Below the pieces are notes generated by a model. The model did not search any database and had not been told where the DNA came from. It saw only the letters and a program-made list of their open reading frames with translations. Positions 28,771-37,548 of a DNA stretch of 45,483 nucleotides are shown in pieces. Origin of the DNA: an uncultured bacterium (lineage in GTDB: Bacteria > Bacillota > Clostridia > Oscillospirales > Oscillospiraceae); assembly GCA_949288405.1 (NCBI GenBank), contig CASEKM010000001.1, forward strand, positions 1 to 45,483, written 5' to 3'. Numbering within the stretch: position 1 is the first letter of the stretch; each line of letters begins with the position of its first letter. The position numbers were made by a program, and so were the translations under genes.

Positions 28771-28793
28771 GAAAGCCACCGGCGAGATGGGCC

Positions 28794-29279
28794 CTATTCT
28801 GCTGTGATGCGGCAGCGCAGCTCCACGAACAGCACCGCCTGGCGGGCGTAGCGGCTGCGCCTGGAGATGGGCTCCACAAAGCTGACGCGGGCGGAGAGAA
28901 ACGTGAGATGCCCGCTGTCGTACAGGGGCGCAATGGCGTTGCAAAGCTCCGCCGGCATGTTCCCCACGTCCCGCTGCTTCCGGGTCAGCAGCCGGAAATT
29001 GTTGGCGTTGAATTTGTTCTCCGGCTCCCGTACCACCCGGATCTCGTCCCCCAGTTTTACGGTTTCGATCTGCTCCGTCCGCCCCTCATACCGGGTGCCC
29101 CTGGCCTCAAAGCGGAGGGTCAGAATCCCGGTTTCTTCGTTGTACTGACCGTCGGACTGCGCCAGATATTCCATCTTTCCCGGCTCAAAATAGTCCGGTC
29201 CCACCGCGGCGGAGCGCTGATTGCGCTCATGGAGCGCCTGGGCCTGAGCCAGAAGGTGGTCCAACTGCTCTTGAAACAC
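28794..29279 (-). CDS. HIRAN domain protein
   Basis: RGTRYEGR...VKLGDEIRVVREPENKFNAN...DVGNMPAEL...IAPL; GAGGTG RBS before GTG 29279. Confidence 0.85.
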   Translation of the reverse strand: MFQEQLDHLLAQAQALHERNQRSAAVGPDYFEPGKMEYLAQSDGQYNEETGILTLRFEARGTRYEGRTEQIETVKLGDEIRVVREPENKFNANNFRLLTRKQRDVGNMPAELCNAIAPLYDSGHLTFLSARVSFVEPISRRSRYARQAVLFVELRCRITAE

Positions 29280-29289
29280 TGCCCTCACC

Positions 29290-32229
29290 TCACATTTCAT
29301 CCAATTCCTGATAGTACAGATCTGCGTTGGCGTACAGACGGTCCAAGATTCGATCATAATGGACCTCGGTATTCTGAACTTTATAAATCAGATCCCACTT
29401 GTCGTCCACATGGCAGCCGTAGGTGCGGGAGAGCTGCGACATCAGCTCATAGACAGGCACGCTTCCCTGGGCCCGGATCAGCGCCACCAGGAACGACTTG
29501 ATGGTGACGTCGGCCGAACCCTTATAGAACACAATGCTGCCGAACACACGGCTGTAGGAGAACCGGCTGTCGGAGAGCAGCAGACTGGCATAGAACCAGT
29601 CGGAAAATCCGTATTCCTCCAGCTTTGAGACAACCCCCTCCTCCCGCAGGGACTGGATGGTGAAATAGGCGCCGTCCGCCGCAAAGCTGTAGACCTTCTG
29701 GCAGAAGGAGCGGAGCATCTCCCGGGTGATCCCGAAGCGCTCCAGCCTCCGGAGCTGGATGATCCGGTTGGGCTCCAGCTCCACCACGCGCAGGTCCCGC
29801 TTCAGCTCCTGGAGGGCCTGATAAAATGCCTGGACCCCGCCAAAGCGGCTGCGGAGGGCGGACAGCTCCATCACGTCCTCGCGGGTCAGCAGCGCGGTGA
29901 AATAGTCTTCCAAAGAAGGATAGTGCTGCAGCACATAGTTGGAGAACACAGAAAACCCCATGACCTTCAAATTGTACGGGTTCACTTCCTCCAGATCCGC
30001 GTCCGGATACATCTTCCGGTAGAGGTCCCGTACCTCATCCAGATAGTAGAAGTCCCCGGTCAGGCGGCTTTGGAGCGCCGAGCGTCTCTCGTCTGGCATG
30101 ACCTTCTGATCGATGGTGTAGTACCCCTGGTGATAAAATTCCGCAAATGGGGTGAGATAGTTCATGGCGACTGTGGTGGAATCATAGCCATATTCCCGGT
30201 GCACCAGCTCCGCCAGGTCCGCCGTACTGATGGGGGCGTTTTCCGCCAAAAGCCGGAAAATAGCGGCGTCCCGGTCAAAGTCGCCGAACTTGAGCTCCGG
30301 CATGCGCCCAAAGTGCAGGTCGTGGAAACTGCCCTCCGGAACAATCTTCCGCAGCAGGTTGTGAAGCTCATACTGGTCCCGGATGTCGTATTTCTTCATG
30401 ACCTCCGGATAGGCCTCCATGAATTTCAGCGTGGACAACTCAACATTTTGATACGCATTCAGATCCAGAATTTCCAGCAGCTCCTCGTAATCCCGCCCGT
30501 CCACATCGTAGTACCGGAGCTGCTCGTTCTGCTTCCAGAGCAGGAAGCGGGCTTCGGACAGGCGGTTTTTCCGGGTCCGGTAGACCGACGGAGTGTAGTA
30601 CACATCCTCGCCATAGGTCACATCTTCCTCCTTCAGGAATTCATTGTACCGCTGGACGAATTCATCAAAGGAGATGTCCTCCCGGCAGAATTTTTCCGCC
30701 ACGATCTCCTCCAGGTCGGCGCGCTTCTTGTCCACCCACTTGCCGCCGATATACAGCCTGTTTCGGTTGAGATAGGTCTTGATCTTCAGCCGGAGGCTGA
30801 CGCCCAGATGCGGATCGTCCAGCGCCGACTTGAGCTCCTTGCTGCCCCGCTTGACGTCGCTGAGCTCCAGGTAAGTCCACACCGCAGCGGGCACGCCCAG
30901 CCAGTCGCCAGCCTCCCTTTTGTCAAAATCATAGGTTTCATAGAAGTAGCGGTAGTAGTCCTCGTCAAACAGTTCCTGCCCGGTCTGGGCGCAGTGCACA
31001 GACCGGACTTTTGCAGCTCCCTTCTTGACGATCTGCCGCACCCGCTCCCGGGTCAGTCCATCCTCCTGGGCAATGGCCTCTAAAGTCCCCCCCTGAAGGC
31101 GCTTGCGGATAAAGTCGCGGCTGCGATCGTCCAGATTCGGACAGACCTCCAGGTAATCGCGGAAGCTCTCATAGACCCGGTAGCAGCGAAAATCCACATA
31201 TTCCAGCTTCTTGGCCGCCAGCAGGCCTCCGATCAGCGCCTTGAGGCGCGCCTGTGTGACCGGTTCCGGAAGGTCCAGGCGCTCTGTAATGTCAGCCAGA
31301 CTCAGGCCAAGAAACGGGGCGTCCCGGTAGAGGTCCAAAATTCTTTTCTGAAGCAAGCTGTCCTCCCAGAGCACGGAGCCGTCTCCCGCACAGAAGGCAG
31401 CCAGCCTCTCCCCGTGCTCCCTCCAGTACGCCTCCATGGCGGCGAGGATCTCCTCGATGGACTTTGTCCCAAGGGATGGGATCTGATTCAGGTCCTCCCG
31501 TCTGACAAACACAAGGTCGCTCATACGGCTGTAGCCCTCCTGCAGCAGCCGGTTTTGAGGCCGGCTGGACAGACCCATGGCCTGGATATCCCGGTCATTG
31601 GCCTTCACATAGCGGAGGATGGCGTCATGCTGCTCCGGCATAAGGAGCAGCTGCGTCACACGCCCCCCCTTAGGCAGGGCAGCCGGCTGTATTTTCTCCG
31701 CGGCATACGTCAAAATGTCCTCTGCGTGCTCGATGATGTACCGCCGGGTCAATTTTTCGATTTCCGCCGCCGATTCCGCGTCCATCCTGGGGATCTGCAG
31801 AAGCTCCTCCTGCGTGGAAAAGACGATCTCATGCAGCTTCTCACAGCCCTGGAGCATCAGGTGGTTGAACGCCCTGGCGGACAGCAGCTCCAGCTCGTCG
31901 ATGCGGCTTCCCTTCTCCTTGAGATATTCGGTGACCAGCCCCCGATGGGACGCATCCGCAAGCCAGGTCTGGAAATCCACACAATCCCGGGAAGGCGCCG
32001 GAGAGGACGCGTTGGTCTCCGGCAAGCCGCCCCCGCCTGCGCTCTTATATTCCTCAATCTTCGCCAAAATCTCCTCCACGGACTTCTTTCCCAAGTTTTT
32101 TCCCGCGGAGAGCGTCTCCTCGGTATATCCCAGCAGGTCCCCCACGCTGTGCACTTCCATGCGGTGCAGCGCGTTCCGGGAACGCGCGGACAGCCCGATC
32201 TGATCGATGGACATTTGCTCTATCTTCAT
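29290..32229 (-). CDS. 979-aa protein with three RNAP alpha-CTD-like domains and a sigma70 region-4-like HTH
   Basis: IDQIGLSARSRNAL...NLGKKSVEEI; IDELELLSARAFNHL...; IQAMGLSSRPQNRL...SLGTKSIEEI; TLEAIAQEDGLTRERVRQI. Confidence 0.85.
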   Translation of the reverse strand: MKIEQMSIDQIGLSARSRNALHRMEVHSVGDLLGYTEETLSAGKNLGKKSVEEILAKIEEYKSAGGGGLPETNASSPAPSRDCVDFQTWLADASHRGLVTEYLKEKGSRIDELELLSARAFNHLMLQGCEKLHEIVFSTQEELLQIPRMDAESAAEIEKLTRRYIIEHAEDILTYAAEKIQPAALPKGGRVTQLLLMPEQHDAILRYVKANDRDIQAMGLSSRPQNRLLQEGYSRMSDLVFVRREDLNQIPSLGTKSIEEILAAMEAYWREHGERLAAFCAGDGSVLWEDSLLQKRILDLYRDAPFLGLSLADITERLDLPEPVTQARLKALIGGLLAAKKLEYVDFRCYRVYESFRDYLEVCPNLDDRSRDFIRKRLQGGTLEAIAQEDGLTRERVRQIVKKGAAKVRSVHCAQTGQELFDEDYYRYFYETYDFDKREAGDWLGVPAAVWTYLELSDVKRGSKELKSALDDPHLGVSLRLKIKTYLNRNRLYIGGKWVDKKRADLEEIVAEKFCREDISFDEFVQRYNEFLKEEDVTYGEDVYYTPSVYRTRKNRLSEARFLLWKQNEQLRYYDVDGRDYEELLEILDLNAYQNVELSTLKFMEAYPEVMKKYDIRDQYELHNLLRKIVPEGSFHDLHFGRMPELKFGDFDRDAAIFRLLAENAPISTADLAELVHREYGYDSTTVAMNYLTPFAEFYHQGYYTIDQKVMPDERRSALQSRLTGDFYYLDEVRDLYRKMYPDADLEEVNPYNLKVMGFSVFSNYVLQHYPSLEDYFTALLTREDVMELSALRSRFGGVQAFYQALQELKRDLRVVELEPNRIIQLRRLERFGITREMLRSFCQKVYSFAADGAYFTIQSLREEGVVSKLEEYGFSDWFYASLLLSDSRFSYSRVFGSIVFYKGSADVTIKSFLVALIRAQGSVPVYELMSQLSRTYGCHVDDKWDLIYKVQNTEVHYDRILDRLYANADLYYQELDEM

Positions 32230-32240
32230 GACGGAACCTC

Positions 32241-33962
32241 TTATCTTCTCAGGAGCGCCTGGAAGCTCTTCACGATTTTCTCCAGCTCGTCCAGCTCTGC
32301 CTTTAAGTTCTCTTTCTCTTCGGAATCCATCTTCCCAAACAGGCGGGAATCTACTTCCATCATCAGGGCAATGCTCTTTGACACGTTTTCCAGCGGCATG
32401 CTCTTGAGCTGCTTGACCCTGGAGCGCCGCAGTGCCTTCTCCATGGATATCTGCAGCTCCTCGGCCAACTGAGGATTCTCCGCTGCGAAGCGGTCCACAT
32501 CCCGCTTGGAGCGGATCTCCACAGCGGCATATCGCTCTGAAATAGCGCGGCTCCACTTTTGCTGGTCCTCAAAATAGGAGCCATAGGTATCGCTTTTCAC
32601 CAATCCCTTGATATCCCGGATGAATTTTCTCTGATCCGGGATGGCCTTCATCATGGCGTTGTTGAATACAATTGTTTTCAGCTGACTGCGCTGCTCTGCG
32701 TCCAGTTTTTTCAGCGGGGCGAGCATCTCCTGAAACAGGCTGTATACCTGATACTCCCTTGCAATATGGTACTGCCCAGGCAGTTTGAGATAGGCGAGAA
32801 ACTCGCGGATCAGCTCCACCACCTCGATGCGCTTTTTGACCTCAGAGAGCGGTTCATCCGCGGTGGAGGCGTACTCCCCCGCCGTCAGCAGCCCAGTCTG
32901 CACCACATCCCGATATGTACCCAGGGCGTAGTCGATGAGGTCGTACTCCACCTTTTTCCGCTCGCCGTGCTGGACCGCCAGCTCCAGAAGCTTGATCTGC
33001 TTTTTGTCCTCTTGGATATCCACGTCCATGAGCACGGTCTCAAAATAGGTTGGGGTCCCGGTCTCCCGCTGGATCCGCCGCAGGCAGGTCAGACGCCGGT
33101 TGCCGTCTACCACGCGCCCGTCCGCCAGGGTCACGCCAGGGGTGGTCTGACCGCATACGGAGATGTTCTTCTGATCCTTCTGGATCATCTCCGGGTTGCT
33201 CTGGTAGATGAATTCCTCGATCACCTGATTGTAGCGCTCCCGGTCCAGCTTTTTCAGCGCTTCGGAGCCATGTTCGGCCTCATAGCGGGAAATCCAGGTG
33301 GCAATGCGGTCGTTCTGGTCGTTGAAATACAGCGCATCCAGACGCACCCGATAGACCGGGTACACCACGGTTTTCCCGCCGTAAGTCACCTTTCGGGTCA
33401 GTGTGGTCCTCTGCACCACATCCGTGTCCACCTTCTGCAGAAGGCTGCCTTCCAGAAGCTCCCCCCGTTTGGAAAGGGACTCCGGCTGCTCTGCGCCTGC
33501 ATAGGATATGACCGCATGCTCCGCCCTGGCACGTACACTCTGATACAGCTCCCGGATCTCATCGGCGCTCTCCTCGTCGATCGCCCGGCACAAAAGCGCC
33601 ATGGTGTCCAGCGCGCGCTCCGCTTCCGGCTGCTCCAGGTCCTGCGCCCCCAGATGCGCTAATTTATTCCGCACCCCCATCAGCTCTTTGGCCCAGGTGC
33701 GGCAGTTAAGCGGCAGGTAATTGCGAAATACATCGCTCCACTTCCGGTCCATCAGCCGGAGGCAGTTGGCAATATCCAGGGAATCCAGAAGCTCCCCGTA
33801 CGTCCCTTCCCGAGGCAGATCCTTTGGCTCCGAAAGGGCGGAGAGCACCTCCGCCCACCACCGATCCCGATAGGTCTTGTGCAATATCTGCCCCAAATAC
33901 CCAGACATAGCGCTCAACAGAATCCGGAACCCCTTATGGACCAGTTCGTAGTTTTCCCCCAT
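32241..33962 (-). CDS. Swt1-like HEPN domain fused to a ParB/Srx-like domain
   Basis: N-terminal LD...LRLMDRKW..VF...ELMGVRNKLAH (RX4H)...RALDTM; central GQTTPGVTLADGRVVDGNRRLTCL. Confidence 0.8.
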   Translation of the reverse strand: MGENYELVHKGFRILLSAMSGYLGQILHKTYRDRWWAEVLSALSEPKDLPREGTYGELLDSLDIANCLRLMDRKWSDVFRNYLPLNCRTWAKELMGVRNKLAHLGAQDLEQPEAERALDTMALLCRAIDEESADEIRELYQSVRARAEHAVISYAGAEQPESLSKRGELLEGSLLQKVDTDVVQRTTLTRKVTYGGKTVVYPVYRVRLDALYFNDQNDRIATWISRYEAEHGSEALKKLDRERYNQVIEEFIYQSNPEMIQKDQKNISVCGQTTPGVTLADGRVVDGNRRLTCLRRIQRETGTPTYFETVLMDVDIQEDKKQIKLLELAVQHGERKKVEYDLIDYALGTYRDVVQTGLLTAGEYASTADEPLSEVKKRIEVVELIREFLAYLKLPGQYHIAREYQVYSLFQEMLAPLKKLDAEQRSQLKTIVFNNAMMKAIPDQRKFIRDIKGLVKSDTYGSYFEDQQKWSRAISERYAAVEIRSKRDVDRFAAENPQLAEELQISMEKALRRSRVKQLKSMPLENVSKSIALMMEVDSRLFGKMDSEEKENLKAELDELEKIVKSFQALLRR

Positions 33963-34079
33963 AAGCCGCAACTTCCTTTCTCACTTCGCCAGTATCGCTA
34001 TCTCAATTGTACACCGTACTTCTTTCCGCCTCGCAGCCTCCGTAAAAAAGAAGGCTGCCGGAGCGGACATCTAGAATTT

Positions 34080-34107
34080 ATTATAGTGATTTTCATTGCA
34101 CTTGCAA
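34080..34107 (-). promoter_or_regulatory. Sigma-A-like promoter for the HEPN-ParB operon
   Basis: TTGCAA-N16-TATAAT. Confidence 0.5.
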
Positions 34108-34193
34108 GAGAGGACCCGCCTTACGCCTGTCCCCGATCTCCCGATTCCAACGGTCGGAAGCAACCGCGGGTCTCCAGATATTGGCCCGTTGTT

Positions 34194-36236
34194 TTAAATC
34201 GGCACATTGTATTTCCTGGCATAGCGAAGGACTTCTGCCGGACTGGCCCGGCGGATGTCATCCGCTTCCAGAAACATTCCCTTCAGGCCGGAGAAGGCCC
34301 CCGCATAGACCTTTTCCAGAATCAGCTTTCTCACTCGGGCAATGTCTATGTCGTATAGGGCGATGTGCAGCTCGTCGCGGTCAATGCCCTTGAGGGAGAG
34401 GACGCTGGACTGAGCAGCTTCTGCCACAAATTTGGAGAGCGGCTTCTCCTGAGTGCCGAACAGGTACAGTTTTCGCTTTGCCCGCGTCACCGCCACATAA
34501 AAAAGCTTTCGCTCGTCGTCTATGTCCGACGCATATTGCTCCTTGTTCTCCTCAAATCTCCCGCCCAGGACATGCCAGTACTTCCTGCCTCCCTGCCTGC
34601 GTCCGGGGAACTCACCTTTTTGCAGATTGGGGAGAAATACCGTGTCGAATTCCAGTCCCTTGGACTTATGGACTGTCATCAGCTGCACCGCATCCGGAGC
34701 AATGTTCGCCTGCTGGAAGTTGTGATATTTGTACTCCTCCGCGGCGCGTGTTTCCAGAAAGCGGAGCACACCGGAGACCCGGGCAGATAGCTGCTGGTCT
34801 CCGTAGATGGTATCGTAGTCGTCCAAAATGGTACATACGCCCTCCAGGTCGTCGCTGCGGACAGTCCAGTCTGTTGCCCTGTCATCCAAGAACTGGACTT
34901 TCCAGGCAAATTCCCGCAGGACCAGGCTGAGCCGGCAGCGCCGGCAGTCTCCCCCGCTCCGCGCCATTTTTCTCAGGTACCGAAAGCCGGAATTGAGGCA
35001 TTCTCCCTCGGCGTATCCGTTCCAGCAGGCAGCAAGGGCCGGCTTGTCCACGTCCTGCAGGATGGAGAGCGTCTGAACAAACCGGCGGAAATAGTTCCCC
35101 TCAAAAAACTGCTTCGCACTGTCCGTGTAGTAAGGGACCCCACCACGGCACAGATGCTCCCCGATGGAGTCGATGTACTTTCCTTTCCGCACCAGAACCG
35201 CGATCTCCGAATAGGGGACCCCCTGACTGTGGCGGCGTGTGATTTCCTCCGCGATGGCATCGTATTGCAGGCCTTCTGTGTAAAAGCTCTGGGCCAGACA
35301 CGCATCCCGTTCCGAGACGCCCCGGGCCCGCATCCGCTTTTCCAGGCGGCGGCCGTTGTTGCGGATTACCGTGTCAGCCACGTCTACGATCTCCGGTACG
35401 CAGCGGAAGTTGTCCTCCAGACGGATCTGCACCACGTCGGGATACCGCTTCGAAAATCCGATCATATTTTCCGCATTGCTCCCTCTAAACTGGTAGATGG
35501 TCTGGTCGTCATCTCCCACCACGCAGAGGTTGGCACCGGCGTGAGCGAAGCGGGCGATGAGCTTCTCCTGAAGATCGTCCACGTCCTGGTACTCATCCAC
35601 CACCAGATACCGGACGGTTTTCAAATAGTCCTGAAGGGCCGGCTCTGCCTCAATGGCGTGCAGCGTCTCCAGGATCAGCAGGGAAAAATCCAGGTAGCCG
35701 CGCTCATATAGGGCTGTGCGGTACTGTTCAAAGACCTCCCGCTGCTCCTGGGTCCAGAGGGCGTGGCTGTCGTAGTCGTCCGCCATCTTCTCCATGCACT
35801 CCAGAAACAGCCGGATATCGTTGGGGCCTCCCGTCAGACCCAGCCGCTCTCTTCCGCATGAACTGCCGTAGCGGTGTACAAAAAGGTGGGTTTTCACCGT
35901 ATCCAGTACCTGGAAGTCCCGAAATTTCTCGCTGCCGCGGTCCAGAAGCTGCTTGCAGAAGGCGTGGATGGTCCCTACATACATCCCATCAGCCCCGCCT
36001 GCGGTGAGTCCATCCTGCTCCAACGCCCTCTGGATCCGTTCCTTCATGGAGTTTCCGGCCTTATTGGTAAAGGTAAAGGCCACGATATGCTCCGGCCACA
36101 CCTCCGGCTTTTCCCGCAGAATGTACGCAATGCGCCGGGTGATAACCTCCGTTTTCCCAGACCCAGCGCAGGCGATCAGCTGGAGATTGTGGTCGATGGT
36201 CTCCACCGCCCGCTGCTGTTCTCGTGTCAGTTCCAT
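34194..36236 (-). CDS. UvrD/PcrA-like SF1 helicase with a C-terminal small-domain fusion
   Basis: ACAGSGKT, FTFTNKA, GTIHAF, VVDEYQD, VGDDDQTIYQFRGS, TVHKSKGLEF, ERKLFYVAVTRAK. Confidence 0.93.
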   Translation of the reverse strand: MELTREQQRAVETIDHNLQLIACAGSGKTEVITRRIAYILREKPEVWPEHIVAFTFTNKAGNSMKERIQRALEQDGLTAGGADGMYVGTIHAFCKQLLDRGSEKFRDFQVLDTVKTHLFVHRYGSSCGRERLGLTGGPNDIRLFLECMEKMADDYDSHALWTQEQREVFEQYRTALYERGYLDFSLLILETLHAIEAEPALQDYLKTVRYLVVDEYQDVDDLQEKLIARFAHAGANLCVVGDDDQTIYQFRGSNAENMIGFSKRYPDVVQIRLEDNFRCVPEIVDVADTVIRNNGRRLEKRMRARGVSERDACLAQSFYTEGLQYDAIAEEITRRHSQGVPYSEIAVLVRKGKYIDSIGEHLCRGGVPYYTDSAKQFFEGNYFRRFVQTLSILQDVDKPALAACWNGYAEGECLNSGFRYLRKMARSGGDCRRCRLSLVLREFAWKVQFLDDRATDWTVRSDDLEGVCTILDDYDTIYGDQQLSARVSGVLRFLETRAAEEYKYHNFQQANIAPDAVQLMTVHKSKGLEFDTVFLPNLQKGEFPGRRQGGRKYWHVLGGRFEENKEQYASDIDDERKLFYVAVTRAKRKLYLFGTQEKPLSKFVAEAAQSSVLSLKGIDRDELHIALYDIDIARVRKLILEKVYAGAFSGLKGMFLEADDIRRASPAEVLRYARKYNVPI

Positions 36237-36237
36237 A

Positions 36238-37509
36238 TCAGTCCTCCAACGCCTGCAGGGCCGTGTAGAGCTGGACGTTGGCGAGGGCCCGGCCCTCCGC
36301 GTCCGCACCCTCGGGGATCTGGAAGTGCTGAAGCAGAAATTCCCTGGTATTGTGCTCCATATCAAATTCCTCGGAAACATCTGCGGCGTAATCCAGCAGA
36401 TCCAGGAAGGGGTTTTTGATCTCCTGCATACCTGTATACCGGGCTGCCCGGGAGATCAGCTTCCCCTGGTTGCCCAGGGCCTGAGTGGACACCAGCACGT
36501 CGCCCTGTACAAAGTCAAAAAAGCGCCTCATAGCCAGGTCCACATCGTCCGCGCTCTCCACTGCCTCCCTGTCCACCCCAGGCAGACTGCTCAGTGCTTT
36601 TTTCCAGCCCATCGATTTCCAGGGGCGGATCAGGCTCTGGAAGGTCCCAGCGGGGACGCCCTCCCGCACGCGGACAGCGGCGATTTGGAAAATATCCTTT
36701 GCCGGAGCCGCAAAGCTGGGCACCTCCTCACACCAGAATGCGCAGTAGTTCTCCAAAGCTCCCCCGTCCCACTCCTCGATGGGCTGAAACTCGCTCTCCG
36801 GCACCTTCTTCGGCGGCAGCGTAACCCGGGGATGGGGGATCCCCTTCTCCTCCAGGATGTGAGCCAAATTTCTCCGCCGGGCCTCGGTGGCGGGCCAATA
36901 GGGCTTTTTTGTCCGGTAGCGTGTGAGATCTGTCTTGATCCGCTCATACATAGCGGGAACGCTGCTGAACTTCGAGAGCAGGACCATATCCTCCTCCCGG
37001 CAGACGCGCAGCTTCTCCGCCGCCTGCTCCGCTAGGTCATACTCGGCCACAAACCCGTAGTACAGGGCGGCAGACTCATACAGCTCTCCGCTCAGTCCGT
37101 CCGTTTTGAGGATCTCATCACACCATTTCCGCGGCTTCACAAAGTCGTTGCGCTCATAGCTGCGCAGGAGATCGCGGAGGACCCACTGCCGCCGCCAGTC
37201 CCAGTCCGGGTGGCTGCCCAGATAGGCCAGGGCCTCCTGCTCAAACTCCGGCTGTCGGATCACCGCGTGATAGCGGCAGCGGCTGAAGGCCGCCGTCTCT
37301 TCATCGAACAGGCTCAGCAGCTCAGGGATACAATCCCTCGCGTCCTTGGGGTTCTCAAACCGCCCCATAAAGGGCTTTAGGAATTCGTTCCCGCAGGTCT
37401 CCTCTTTGTAGTAGAGGACCTCTATTACGATTTTGTCCAGGATGTCCTGACTGCGGCAGTCCTGGCAGAGATAACTCCGGGCCTCCCGCCCGCAATTCAA
37501 ACACTTCAT
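36238..37509 (-). CDS. Zn-ribbon/helical protein with a degenerate DnaQ-like (DEDDh) exonuclease domain
   Basis: N-terminal CLNC..CQDC; C-terminal DIFQIAAVRVREG..TFQSLIRP, DFVQGDVLVS, NPFLDLL; ExoI and ExoIII catalytic residues are not conserved. Confidence 0.7.
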   Translation of the reverse strand: MKCLNCGREARSYLCQDCRSQDILDKIVIEVLYYKEETCGNEFLKPFMGRFENPKDARDCIPELLSLFDEETAAFSRCRYHAVIRQPEFEQEALAYLGSHPDWDWRRQWVLRDLLRSYERNDFVKPRKWCDEILKTDGLSGELYESAALYYGFVAEYDLAEQAAEKLRVCREEDMVLLSKFSSVPAMYERIKTDLTRYRTKKPYWPATEARRRNLAHILEEKGIPHPRVTLPPKKVPESEFQPIEEWDGGALENYCAFWCEEVPSFAAPAKDIFQIAAVRVREGVPAGTFQSLIRPWKSMGWKKALSSLPGVDREAVESADDVDLAMRRFFDFVQGDVLVSTQALGNQGKLISRAARYTGMQEIKNPFLDLLDYAADVSEEFDMEHNTREFLLQHFQIPEGADAEGRALANVQLYTALQALED

Positions 37510-37548
37510 AGGGATCAAACTTCCTTTCTAAGTCAGTGTAGGCAGTAG

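Noticed and set aside
29290-32229. rpoA or a true sigma factor
   Set aside because: Only alpha-CTD-like repeats and a region-4 HTH are present; no alpha N-terminal domain or sigma region 2.
34194-36236. Gabija (GajB) or other named helicase defence system
   Set aside because: No adjacent OLD/TOPRIM nuclease or other diagnostic partner gene.
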